A stretch of 64,000 nucleotides of DNA from the IMG/VR virus record IMGVR_UViG_3300020048_000003; one strand, 5' to 3'. This DNA comes from a virus. Of this stretch, positions 26,902-35,302 are shown piece by piece (position 1 is the stretch's first letter; each line of letters opens with the position of its first letter). A model generated the notes under the pieces. The model searched no databases. It saw only the letters and a list, made by a program, of their open reading frames with translations, and was not told where the DNA came from. The position numbers and the translations under genes are program-made.

Positions 26902-27261
26902 ATGAAAGAATCAAAGAAATATGTAATAGCTTTTTTATTTGCTATGATTACTCTTGTACTCATGAGTGGATTAAATGAATGGACTCGTTGGGGTATAGAT
27001 TTATTAGTTGGGTGGTTTCCGATTACTGCTTGGTTCTCAACTATAAGAGTTATTAATATGAATAATGGTACTAAGTATGAACATACATCTTGGGGAACAG
27101 TAGGTTTTGCATTTGTAATAGCATTACTATTATCTTCTTTATGTTCTATTCTTCTTATGCCATTAGTAGTAAATGGATTCTTAACTGGTTTATTGTATAA
27201 CTTAATGACTAAGCCAGATGTGATAGAGGAAGAAATTGAAAAAAAAGATACAGATTTTTAA
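26902..27261 (+). CDS. membrane protein (3-4 TM)
   Basis: 119 aa hydrophobic. Confidence 0.5.
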   Translation: MKESKKYVIAFLFAMITLVLMSGLNEWTRWGIDLLVGWFPITAWFSTIRVINMNNGTKYEHTSWGTVGFAFVIALLLSSLCSILLMPLVVNGFLTGLLYNLMTKPDVIEEEIEKKDTDF

Positions 27262-27897
27262 AACTTTTGGTTTAAAATAACATATACTAATACACAAGTT
27301 AAGTTTTTAAGTTTAACAACAACATAAAGTAATTGCCGCAAGCTTTTGCTTAGTTGATAAAGACTTTAACTGAGGATTTGAATCCAGTTCATCCTGTTCT
27401 ACGGAACTTAAAGTTAATTGGCAGTCGGTTTACAAAGACTTATAAAACAGTTAATCGCGCCCTACTAAAATTTTGGGGCAGTTAGCACCTCCTAAATAGG
27501 TGACAGATGTTAAACATATGTTTACATACCGTTTAACACTCCGTTTTTCTTAGAAACTGTTACGTGAAATTTTCTAAGGTCTTTTCCCTTCAACTTGCAA
27601 GGGTAGTCTAAGTGGACGACGTGAGTCACGCTGAACTAACACAGGTTAAAGTTAGTGTTTATAGAGTTAAACTCTATAGTTTGGGAACCTTATATCCCTA
27701 CACTTGTTTACAATATTAGAATATTGTTAAGTTCTTGTAAACAATGTATCTGGCTCAAAGCCAGGTCAGTAACTACATTAATACAACAGTAATGTTCTGT
27801 TTATGTAAAGTGCTGATAGCATAGAAGAATCTACGGGTTCTATTATGTTAATAGAGAAGCCTCATTGAAGATAATTCTTTGAGGCTTCTTTTTTTAT
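27262..27897 (+). ncRNA. candidate structured ncRNA or long 3' UTR (unidentified class)
   Basis: ~600 nt with no ORF >=60 aa on either strand, higher G+C, internal palindromes (CGTGAgTCACG, GGATTtgAATCC), ends in strong terminator. Confidence 0.35.
27855..27897 (+). terminator. rho-independent terminator
   Basis: AGAAGCCTCA...TGAGGCTTCT + TTTTTTTATT. Confidence 0.7.
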
Positions 27898-27994
27898 TAA
27901 AACAATTAGCTTATATTTGAACAGTAGTTCAAACTTTCAAACTTTGTTTGAATATTTGTATAGATAATTAATAACAATATAATACAATAACATT

Positions 27995-28357
27995 ATGATA
28001 ATACTCTATATTCTTTTAGCGTTAGGCTTCATTACAATAGGTATACTTGCCTACCAATCTGATAAGCATCTCAAATGGTTCAACTCTCTACAGCCCGGTG
28101 ACCAGGTGTTGGTACGTATATACTCTAAGTACTGTGAGTGTGCTAGGGTAGCCACGGTAACGGTAGCAAGTGATGGTAAGTACATACAATGTACAATGAG
28201 TGAACAAGTGTCTAAGGATTGTAAAGACTGTGCAGCTATTAATGGTAGGGACAGTAAGGGTAACAATACTTGTTGGCACCATGTGACATACTATAAGCGT
28301 AAGGATATATCTAAGGTCACTGATAAGGCTAAGATATATACCACATTGGGTAAATAG
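27995..28357 (+). CDS. membrane-anchored Cys-rich protein (atypical G+C-richer codon usage)
   Basis: N-terminal TM then CEC...C..C..C...C; AAG/GTG-rich codons unlike neighbours. Confidence 0.5.
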   Translation: MIILYILLALGFITIGILAYQSDKHLKWFNSLQPGDQVLVRIYSKYCECARVATVTVASDGKYIQCTMSEQVSKDCKDCAAINGRDSKGNNTCWHHVTYYKRKDISKVTDKAKIYTTLGK

Positions 28358-28415
28358 TCTACACACTCTACACTATTCTACACTACCTTAATAGGAGGTG
28401 GTGTGATAGGTATGC

Positions 28416-28718
28416 TTAGCCGATTGAGTCTATGCGTACTATTATATTATTATATAGGGTAACAACAATACGATATTGATCGTATTCGTAAGGCTTAAGC
28501 TGTAGTTCGTTATCTTTATTGCCCACGAATATATAATAATGTCGTGGTAATATTGTGCGTCCTTGTTCAAGTAATTCGTCTGTACCGTTATCAAACAATA
28601 TAATATCGTTGGGGTTCATGCCGACTATATGACTAAAATCTTCTGGTGTCTTATTACTTGTCTGTACGTTACCGTATATCCCTTTCACCACCCTGGGTGG
28701 TATGTATATATTACCCAT
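28416..28718 (-). CDS. hypothetical protein (atypical codon usage)
   Basis: 100-aa ORF in G+C-richer island. Confidence 0.45.
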   Translation of the reverse strand: MGNIYIPPRVVKGIYGNVQTSNKTPEDFSHIVGMNPNDIILFDNGTDELLEQGRTILPRHYYIFVGNKDNELQLKPYEYDQYRIVVTLYNNIIVRIDSIG

Positions 28719-28916
28719 AGAATATCTCTCTTTTTTAACTATATATTATTAGGTGGAGGCTCTCTACAATTTTTCTGAATTTTAATAGGATTTTTTTTCT
28801 ACACAAGGTGACTAGGCTTAGTGCCTTGAGGCAACAAACTTTTCTACACTAGGCAAGGCGCTCGCCCTCCCCAATTTAGGAGGTAGACAACAATAACATA
28901 TTGTTATCATCTACCT

Positions 28917-28941
28917 ATGTCCATGTGTGTCACATGGACAT
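28917..28941. repeat. perfect inverted repeat ATGTCCATGTG-tgt-CACATGGACAT
   Basis: 11-bp arms, 3-nt spacer; followed by direct repeats ATGTAGAT x2. Confidence 0.6.
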
Positions 28942-29140
28942 ATGTAACATACTTGGATATGACTCCAAGGAGCATACGTATGTAGATATGTAGATATGTG
29001 TATATGGGGTCCATACAAAAATTGGCGCATATTTGAATGTTTTTCTCCCAGCACATTTTTAAAATAAAAGAAATTTTTATATGCCCTTTCCCCTATATAT
29101 AGCGTGGCCCCATATGTGGGTATAAACACTTCCCAATATT

Positions 29141-29290
29141 GATTTTGAAAATTTTTTTTTTGGGGAAAAATTTAGCAAAAATTCGCCAGGATTGATTTTC
29201 AAAAATTTTTTTTGGGGAAAATTTTTTATATAGATTTTCAAAAATTTTTTTGGGGAAAATTTTTGGATTTTTTTGGGAAAATTTTTTTAT
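29141..29290. repeat. ~4 tandem imperfect copies of ~35-nt unit GATTTTCAAAAATTTTTTTTGGGGAAAATTTTT (iteron-like)
   Basis: read directly; abuts tRNA-like element. Confidence 0.6.
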
Positions 29291-29296
29291 TCTTAT

Positions 29297-29388
29297 ATTG
29301 TGGTGTGGGATTCGAACCCACGCGCCAGTGATTAACTGACCTGTTTGTTTTCAAGACAAATCTCTTACAACCGCTTGAGTAATCTTCC
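29297..29388 (-). tRNA. tRNA-Ser(UGA)-like: D-arm, anticodon arm (CU-UGA-AA), long variable arm and T-arm (GGTTCGAATCC) intact, 3' acceptor strand does not pair (possible pseudo-tRNA or junction)
   Basis: revcomp GGAAGATTACTCAAGCGGTTGTAAGAGATTTGTCTTGAAAACAAACAGGTCAGTTAATCACTGGCGCGTGGGTTCGAATCCCAC then ACCACAAT instead of ATCTTCC-N-CCA. Confidence 0.5.
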
Positions 29389-29536
29389 GTTATTTTTCCC
29401 TTAGTATTTTTTCTTTCCAATACTTTCTTCTTCTGGTTGAATTTTTCGTTTTAGATTTGAATGTACTTGTCTGTGAATCACAATTAGGACATATCAATCT
29501 AAGATTAATCCTTTTGTTATTCGATGCGTCACCTTA

Positions 29537-30295
29537 TTATAATTGTGATGTATTAATAGGTAGATTAAATGAAAAAGTACTACCCTTCTTTATTTTACTA
29601 CTAATTTGTAGTGTTCCGCCATTTAATTTTATGAAACTTTTACACAACTTCAATCCCAATCCGCTTCCCTTTTCTGCATTTGTTCCAAACGTTGTATAAA
29701 ATTCGTTATCAGATAAAATTCTATCAATATTATCTTGACTAATACCAATTCCATTATCCGATATTTCAATTTTTATAAACTCATTGTCAGTTGTCATGTT
29801 AATACTAATCTTACCGTTTTTATTTGTAAATTTTATGGCATTAGATAATAAATTTCTAACTACAGATTCTATCATTATTTTATCAGCGTATGCTGTGAAT
29901 ACTCCAGAATAGTTTTTTTCTACTGTAATATTTTTCTCAATAAATCTATAATCTAAAATCATAAATTTTTTATCAATTATTTCGTTTAGATTAATTATGA
30001 CAGGATTATATGAAAGTGCATTTTTATTATGTGTTGCCCACTGTAATAGATTTTCTAACAACTCAAATGTACGTTTAGACAAGTCTTTTATAAAACCCAA
30101 GTATTGATATAATTCAGATTCAGTTACATCATCCTTTTCTGCAATTAATTCAGATATTTGCATTATACTACCTATCGGACCTCGTAAGTCATGCCCAATA
30201 ATGGCTAAAATAGTATCCTTTGTCTCATTTAATACACGAAACTGTTCAAGAGATTCTTCTAAATCGTTACATCGGCAACCCGATTTTCTTTCCAT
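29537..30295 (-). CDS. histidine kinase core (HisKA + HATPase_c), no sensor/TM domain
   Basis: H-box IIGHDLRGPIGSI; N-box LLSNAIKFT; G1 DNGIGIS; G2 GSGLGLKLCKSFI. Confidence 0.8.
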   Translation of the reverse strand: MERKSGCRCNDLEESLEQFRVLNETKDTILAIIGHDLRGPIGSIMQISELIAEKDDVTESELYQYLGFIKDLSKRTFELLENLLQWATHNKNALSYNPVIINLNEIIDKKFMILDYRFIEKNITVEKNYSGVFTAYADKIMIESVVRNLLSNAIKFTNKNGKISINMTTDNEFIKIEISDNGIGISQDNIDRILSDNEFYTTFGTNAEKGSGLGLKLCKSFIKLNGGTLQISSKIKKGSTFSFNLPINTSQL

Positions 30296-30379
30296 TTTTA
30301 TGATTTGTTTTTTATAAATAGATTCTTTTTAATTTAATCTATCACTTCTGATTCCATTTCCTCGTTATCGACACCGTTA

Positions 30380-30586
30380 TCAGTATCTTCTATTTTGGTT
30401 ATTGTAACTGGGTATTTGGTTATTGTAACTGGATAAACTTGCCCAACAACATTTAGGGTCTTGCCTGGTAGCAACTCGCGCGCTAACCAGAGCAATTATT
30501 GTAATTTGGTATTCTTGGAATCCAATTTGTAGGATAAGTGCTGATACAACGAGGATCATTTTCAATATTTCAAGGAATGGTTTCAT
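30380..30586 (-). CDS. small membrane protein with QIPSYNN repeat
   Basis: start ATGA-coupled to famB gene 30583..30915; contains 15-bp direct repeat GGTTATTGTAACTGG x2. Confidence 0.4.
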   Translation of the reverse strand: MKPFLEILKMILVVSALILQIGFQEYQITIIALVSARVATRQDPKCCWASLSSYNNQIPSYNNQNRRY

Positions 30587-30915
30587 GTTTTTAATTTTTT
30601 AAGTTTTAATTTTCTAATTTCTTGTTGTGTATAGAAGTATTGGTTATAGTCGTAGAATGTGTAGTTATTGGGTATTTGTGGTATTAATATGGAGAGCCAT
30701 ATATGGTCGTAATTATTAGGGTGGTTAGTTTCAATTTGGTATGATATTATTTTCACTCCTGTTTTTTCTCCGTTGGGTAGTGAAAATTCGTCTTTATATA
30801 CTCCAATGATGTTATACCATTTATTTTTTGTAAATAGTTCTAGTGATTTATCTTCTTTTCGTATCACAAATAATTCGTCTTTAATGGAGAATGATTTTTT
30901 ACAAAGTATTTTCAT
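30583..30915 (-). CDS. famB protein
   Basis: MKILCKKS...YFYTQQEIRKLKLKKLKT. Confidence 0.8.
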   Translation of the reverse strand: MKILCKKSFSIKDELFVIRKEDKSLELFTKNKWYNIIGVYKDEFSLPNGEKTGVKIISYQIETNHPNNYDHIWLSILIPQIPNNYTFYDYNQYFYTQQEIRKLKLKKLKT

Positions 30916-31150
30916 TTAGTTCGTTAAGTTTTTGTAATTTTTCTTTTCTTCTTGATATTGGGTGTAGGTTAGTATTCATTTCAAGTAGTTCTTTATCAAT
31001 ATAGGGTGATATTATTTTTAGTGAGTTGAGTATTCCTTTTACTTTATAGAATTGGTATTTATCGCTATCAATTATTATATCTATTATTTTGACTTTATAG
31101 AAATTGCCTGATACGACTATATCTCCTATTTTATATTTGAATGTTTTCAT
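30899..31150 (-). CDS. famB small protein
   Basis: KYKIGDIVVSGN...ISRRKEKLQKLNELNENTL. Confidence 0.8.
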   Translation of the reverse strand: MKTFKYKIGDIVVSGNFYKVKIIDIIIDSDKYQFYKVKGILNSLKIISPYIDKELLEMNTNLHPISRRKEKLQKLNELNENTL

Positions 31151-31451
31151 TTAGTTTTTGTATTTTTTGTTTTCTCAGGTAATTTTTTGCGTTTATAAAT
31201 TCAAATTTTTCTTTATTAGTTTGGATATAAAAATCATAACTATCTTCTACTAAGATTTCATTTCCTATTTCATCGTCATTTCTATAATTTTTAATTATTA
31301 GTGGATATTTCCTGGAGGAGAAGCGAATTTCTTGTCCACAGCTTTTCCATTTATATCCAAGTTTGAATAATTCTTTTTGTATTTCGCACCATTCTGTATC
31401 GTTATTACAAATGATGCTAAATTTAAAATATTTAATTCTGCTTATTATCAT
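31131..31451 (-). CDS. famB protein
   Basis: C-term NYLRKQKIQKLNENIQI. Confidence 0.75.
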   Translation of the reverse strand: MIISRIKYFKFSIICNNDTEWCEIQKELFKLGYKWKSCGQEIRFSSRKYPLIIKNYRNDDEIGNEILVEDSYDFYIQTNKEKFEFINAKNYLRKQKIQKLNENIQI

Positions 31452-31600
31452 TTAGTTTTTGTAATTTTTCTTTTCGTTGTAATTTTTTAAGTTGGATTTC
31501 GTCTTCAATAGTAAAGTTATATATTTCTTTAATCCAAATTGGTTTAAGTTCTGGTATATTTTTAAGTATTTGGTATACTTGTTTTACTTTTGTATTCATT
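31431..31600 (-). CDS. short famB member (~55 aa, below track cutoff)
   Basis: manual: MNTKVKQVYQILKN...LKKLQRKEKLQKLNDNKQN*. Confidence 0.5.
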
Positions 31601-31867
31601 TTTTATTAATTTTTTCAATTTTTGTTTTCTCAGGTGTTTATTAAATACTGGGTCTTTTTTGATTTCGTCAATTTCGCCCCAGTAGAGTCGTTTTTCGTTA
31701 CCTTGTTCAAATCCTATTATTATATAGAGGGGGTATTCTTGTTCTTGGAATAGTAGCATTTGTTCTTCAATTGGTCTATTGTAGAATCCCCAGTTATATC
31801 CTTTTTGAAGGTATTTGAGTTGTATTTTATAACAATTTTTTTGATTTTTGCAGAGTATAAATTTCAT
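31562..31867 (-). CDS. famB protein
   Basis: C-term NKHLRKQKLKKLIKNEY. Confidence 0.75.
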   Translation of the reverse strand: MKFILCKNQKNCYKIQLKYLQKGYNWGFYNRPIEEQMLLFQEQEYPLYIIIGFEQGNEKRLYWGEIDEIKKDPVFNKHLRKQKLKKLIKNEYKSKTSIPNT

Positions 31868-32148
31868 ATTTCGTCTTTAATAGTATTGAGTTTTTTCAGT
31901 TTGAGTTGTCTAAGTTCTTGTTGTGTATAGAAGTAGTCTTCAAAGAGTGGTAGGTATTTATCACCATATCTTGATAGTCTTGATGTATATAGGTAGTGAG
32001 ATTTATAGAAAAATCTAGTATGTGACATTATGTTATTGTATATTATTAATATTTCGCAACTATCTTTATTTTTATCGTCTTGAGCGGTATAAGTTTGATT
32101 TTCTTTATAGTTGTAATATGTTTTTTTACAAGTTGTTTGGAATATCAT
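31864..32148 (-). CDS. famB small protein
   Basis: DYFYTQQELRQLKLKKLNTIKDEI. Confidence 0.8.
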   Translation of the reverse strand: MIFQTTCKKTYYNYKENQTYTAQDDKNKDSCEILIIYNNIMSHTRFFYKSHYLYTSRLSRYGDKYLPLFEDYFYTQQELRQLKLKKLNTIKDEI

Positions 32149-32461
32149 TTATATTTGAATTAAGGTGTTGTAATTTTTTATATCTATTAAATATTTTTTC
32201 TTTTAGTTGTTTACCGTTTATGTGGTAGCCGAGGTTTTCGCCTGGTTTATCGTATCTAACGTTTTGGAATATTATGGAGGGTCCGAATTCGTTATGGAAG
32301 AGGTTATAACGGTGGTAGAATATACCAACGTTTTGAATTATAATTTTGCTATATTCGTGTTTTGAGAAGAATTCTTCAAGGTCAAATGGGTTTATCTCTT
32401 GTGCTGTAAGTTGAACTACTTGGTATAGTAGGTTATTTTCTTCTATTGTATATGTGTACAT
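32126..32461 (-). CDS. famB-like protein
   Basis: C-term NRYKKLQHLNSNINDIPNNL (variant tail). Confidence 0.6.
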   Translation of the reverse strand: MYTYTIEENNLLYQVVQLTAQEINPFDLEEFFSKHEYSKIIIQNVGIFYHRYNLFHNEFGPSIIFQNVRYDKPGENLGYHINGKQLKEKIFNRYKKLQHLNSNINDIPNNL

Positions 32462-32473
32462 TGTTGGTATGAT

Positions 32474-32857
32474 TTAAATTTCGTCTTTAATGGATAGGCG
32501 GTCTTTAATATGTTGGAGTTTTTCTTTTCTAATTATTTTGATATCTATAATTTTTTGTATATCAATATTATATTGATCTTTTACTTTTTTTATTTTTCTA
32601 ATATCGTCTGGTGTTAATTTTTTTTGTATTAGTGAGTATATTTCTTTTTTTGATAGATCTCTATAATTGTAATATGCTAGTCCGGCGCTATACCAATCGT
32701 ATTTTGCTAAGCCACCGTTATGTGAAATATCTTCAAGTGATATAATGCAATAATCGTTTCTAATATTTGTAAAGATGATACATTTTGCGAATGTTTTATC
32801 TTTATACATTCTGGCACATAGTTTAGGATTACCTATTGTTGGTTTAACAAAGTTCAT
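32474..32857 (-). CDS. famB subfamily MNF(V/I)KP protein
   Basis: MNFVKPTIGNPKLCARMY...IIRKEKLQHIKDRLSIKDEI; close paralog of 32854..33258. Confidence 0.8.
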   Translation of the reverse strand: MNFVKPTIGNPKLCARMYKDKTFAKCIIFTNIRNDYCIISLEDISHNGGLAKYDWYSAGLAYYNYRDLSKKEIYSLIQKKLTPDDIRKIKKVKDQYNIDIQKIIDIKIIRKEKLQHIKDRLSIKDEI

Positions 32858-33258
32858 AAAATTTCGTCTTTAATAGATAGGTTTTTAATTTTTTGTAATT
32901 TTTCTTTTCTTAATTTTTTAATATCTATAAGTTTTTTTAAGTCAATGCAGAAGTCGTTTTTAATTCTTCGTATTTGTTCGGTATCTTTTTGGGATAATTT
33001 TTCGGTTAAATATGGTAATGAATAGATTTCAAGGTTATTTAAGTTTCTATATTTATATGAATTTAGACCTGCGTTATACCATTCATATTTTGATAGACCA
33101 CCGTTATGATTAATATCTTCAAGTGCTATTATGAGGTAATTTTTTTCTGATGTTTTATTGTCGGAGGATTTGAACATGATACATCTTGCGAATCTATTAT
33201 CTTCGTATACTCTGGCACATAATTTTGTTTCACCGATTTTAGGTTTAATAAAGTTCAT
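32854..33258 (-). CDS. famB subfamily MNF(V/I)KP protein
   Basis: MNFIKPKIGETKLCARVY...KLRKEKLQKIKNLSIKDEIL. Confidence 0.8.
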   Translation of the reverse strand: MNFIKPKIGETKLCARVYEDNRFARCIMFKSSDNKTSEKNYLIIALEDINHNGGLSKYEWYNAGLNSYKYRNLNNLEIYSLPYLTEKLSQKDTEQIRRIKNDFCIDLKKLIDIKKLRKEKLQKIKNLSIKDEIL

Positions 33259-33263
33259 ATAAT

Positions 33264-33518
33264 TTAAATTTCGTCTTTAATTGATAGGTCTTTAATATGT
33301 TGTAATTTTTGTTTTCTAAGTTCTTGTATGGTGTAGAAGAAGTAGTTTATTTCAAGTTCGGTAAAAGAGTAATTGTAGTACCAATCATTTCTATCGTCTT
33401 TAATTGGTATTATCCAGTCGTAGGGATTTATGTTTGATTTATTGGTATATTTAAAAGCCAGGTAATATTCGTTTTCAACAATATACTGGTTTATTCTTTT
33501 TTTACAAAGTAGTTTCAT
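33264..33518 (-). CDS. famB small protein
   Basis: FFYTIQELRKQKLQHIKDLSIKDEI. Confidence 0.8.
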   Translation of the reverse strand: MKLLCKKRINQYIVENEYYLAFKYTNKSNINPYDWIIPIKDDRNDWYYNYSFTELEINYFFYTIQELRKQKLQHIKDLSIKDEI

Positions 33519-33912
33519 GTTGTATTTGTTGTAATTTTTTTAATCTAAGGTATTTAGTTCTATTATATACTTCTTTTACAATTATTTCGTTATTTATATA
33601 TTGTGATAGTTTTATTATTTTGATATGTTCATTTTCTTTAACGGTTGATACTACTTCAAGTAATTCAGTTAGATCTTCTTTTTTTTCTAGTGAGCCGCCG
33701 ACTCCACCTGTTGAACTTTTTGCGTGGTAGTAACCGTAGGGGTTAGCGATAAGAGTTTCTTTGAATTCGTTATCTTCTTCACTTCTATAGTAACTATGGT
33801 AGTAGCCACAGTTATAACATATTGTAAATTCTTCACCTGATTTATAATAGTAATCATTATATGCTTCGTGGTGGCAATTAGGGCATTCTATATAATCTAT
33901 TACGCTTCCCAT
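33502..33912 (-). CDS. zinc-ribbon protein with famB-like tail
   Basis: CPNCHH...CYNCGYYH; C-term TKYLRLKKLQQI. Confidence 0.6.
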   Translation of the reverse strand: MGSVIDYIECPNCHHEAYNDYYYKSGEEFTICYNCGYYHSYYRSEEDNEFKETLIANPYGYYHAKSSTGGVGGSLEKKEDLTELLEVVSTVKENEHIKIIKLSQYINNEIIVKEVYNRTKYLRLKKLQQIQHETTL

Positions 33913-34340
33913 TTTTGTAGTTGTTTTAATTTTTCTTTTCTACTATATTCTATAATTAGGTTTTTTACTTTTGCACCGATATTAGGATATTTACAACCGT
34001 TATTCCAGAGATAACCCCAGCAATAATCTTTTGATACTTTATAGATATCATCTAGTGGTGTTTCTTCGTAAATGGTCCATAGGCATTGGTGTGAAAAGGT
34101 GTTTTCTTTATTACTTAGTATCAAACTAAAATGGTGAATTGGTCCAAATTTCAATGTATTTTTATATCCGAACCAAGAATCACATTTTATTCCATTTTTT
34201 CCATTGAATTCTACTATTTTTATGCAATTATGCATATTTTTATTAGGATCGCATTCTAATAATTCAGGTGCGTTAGTATCAATATATTCTTCTAGTCCAT
34301 GTCTAAACGAATCAGAACACAGTAATTTATATAGATTCAT
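33900..34340 (-). CDS. famB-like protein
   Basis: C-term EYSRKEKLKQLQKWEA. Confidence 0.65.
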   Translation of the reverse strand: MNLYKLLCSDSFRHGLEEYIDTNAPELLECDPNKNMHNCIKIVEFNGKNGIKCDSWFGYKNTLKFGPIHHFSLILSNKENTFSHQCLWTIYEETPLDDIYKVSKDYCWGYLWNNGCKYPNIGAKVKNLIIEYSRKEKLKQLQKWEA

Positions 34341-34548
34341 TGAGTTTTTTTAATTTTTCTTTTCTAAATTCTTTTAAGTCTATAAAATTGGTTTTAAGTA
34401 TATGTCCAATTCCGTCAATCCAATAGAATTGGCTATAATTCATTGTATAATCAAAAAAAGTTTCTTCAGCATAATAGATTTTATTTTTAATTAATCTATT
34501 TGTTGTTTTATTTATATAAATAACTTTTTTTTTAACTACTTTTTTCAT
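34327..34548 (-). CDS. famB small protein
   Basis: LKEFRKEKLKKLNESI. Confidence 0.8.
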   Translation of the reverse strand: MKKVVKKKVIYINKTTNRLIKNKIYYAEETFFDYTMNYSQFYWIDGIGHILKTNFIDLKEFRKEKLKKLNESI

Positions 34549-34774
34549 TGAGTTCTTTTAATTTTTCTTTTCTAAGGTATATTCCGTATGGTGTAATAGA
34601 GGTTATTTTAGTAATTTTTTTACAATCAGAGCACCAATGATTATTAATATAGTGTTCTGATTCTTTCATTGCCAGATATACTCCATAATATTTAGAATAA
34701 GGTTTTGAATAGTGTCCACATTCGTATTGATCTATTATTGTGATTACGTCTTTAGGTAGTTTGGACATTTTCAA
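34532..34774 (-). CDS. Cys-containing famB small protein
   Basis: CGHY...CSDC; YLRKEKLKELNEKSS. Confidence 0.75.
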   Translation of the reverse strand: MKMSKLPKDVITIIDQYECGHYSKPYSKYYGVYLAMKESEHYINNHWCSDCKKITKITSITPYGIYLRKEKLKELNEKSS

Positions 34775-35033
34775 GTTCTTTTAATTTTTGTTTTCTTAAT
34801 TCTTTTATTGTTGCGTGTATTTTATTTTGTTCAATGAGTTCTGTGAGGTCCCAGCCATATCGTCCACAGGTCATGGAGTAGTTACCAAATATATTTCTAT
34901 CAATTTTTTTAATTGTGCAGGTATATGGAAAATGTACAAATGCTGGATAGTTTGGATTAAGTCTGCTACTCCATGAGCCGGGGTAGCCAGTTATAATAAC
35001 ATTCATACCTATTTTAAAATCATCTATATTCAT
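34752..35033 (-). CDS. famB small protein
   Basis: FKIGMNVIITGY...IKELRKQKLKELENV. Confidence 0.8.
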   Translation of the reverse strand: MNIDDFKIGMNVIITGYPGSWSSRLNPNYPAFVHFPYTCTIKKIDRNIFGNYSMTCGRYGWDLTELIEQNKIHATIKELRKQKLKELENVQTT

Positions 35034-35302
35034 TTGTTGAGTTGTTTTAATTTTTCTTTTCTAAGGTAAATTTTAAGTCTATCGTCTAAGTATTTTGCTA
35101 ATTTTGCATAGTATGGATGACTTTTAAAGTTGAATGTCATTCCGCTAATTCTTTGTGTCCAATTTGGACCATTTTTGAAGTAGCAGGAGAAGTCATTTAG
35201 TCCAAAACTATGTAGTATTCTTTTTTCTTCTTCTGTTGCGTAGTTAAAGAAGTCAATTTCGTAGAATCCCCAACTATTTTTTTCAAATTGAGCCATAGTC
35301 AT
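35030..35302 (-). CDS. famB small protein
   Basis: C-term KIYLRKEKLKQLNK. Confidence 0.75.
   Translation of the reverse strand: MTMAQFEKNSWGFYEIDFFNYATEEEKRILHSFGLNDFSCYFKNGPNWTQRISGMTFNFKSHPYYAKLAKYLDDRLKIYLRKEKLKQLNK

Noticed and set aside
27262-27897. Identification of the ORF-free segment as tmRNA, RNase P RNA, SRP RNA or a group I intron
   Set aside because: I looked for the tag-peptide ...ALAA reading frame, a tRNA-like 3' end, the RNase P GGAAAGUCC/ACAGAAA boxes and the SRP domain IV motif and did not find convincing matches. I left it as an unclassified candidate.
28911-29129. 72-aa minus-strand ORF in the palindrome and repeat region
   Set aside because: It spans the 11-bp-arm inverted repeat and direct repeats, has odd composition, and no coupling to neighbours. 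It is more likely non-coding.
29141-29290. TTTTGGGG units resembling ciliate telomeric repeats
   Set aside because: The copies are separated by ~25-nt unrelated sequence and embedded in a longer ~35-nt iteron-like unit. They are not a tandem (TTTTGGGG)n tract and not at a sequence end.
29238-29420. 60-aa minus-strand ORF overlapping the tRNA-like element
   Set aside because: It is fully contained in the tRNA-like sequence and iteron block, so it is a spurious ORF.
30296-30586. Possibility that the histidine kinase is fused to the upstream small membrane ORF to form a sensor kinase
   Set aside because: The two are in the same frame, but the 84-nt interval translates with several stop codons (TGA, TAA, TAA). 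It is not a simple read-through, so I kept them separate.
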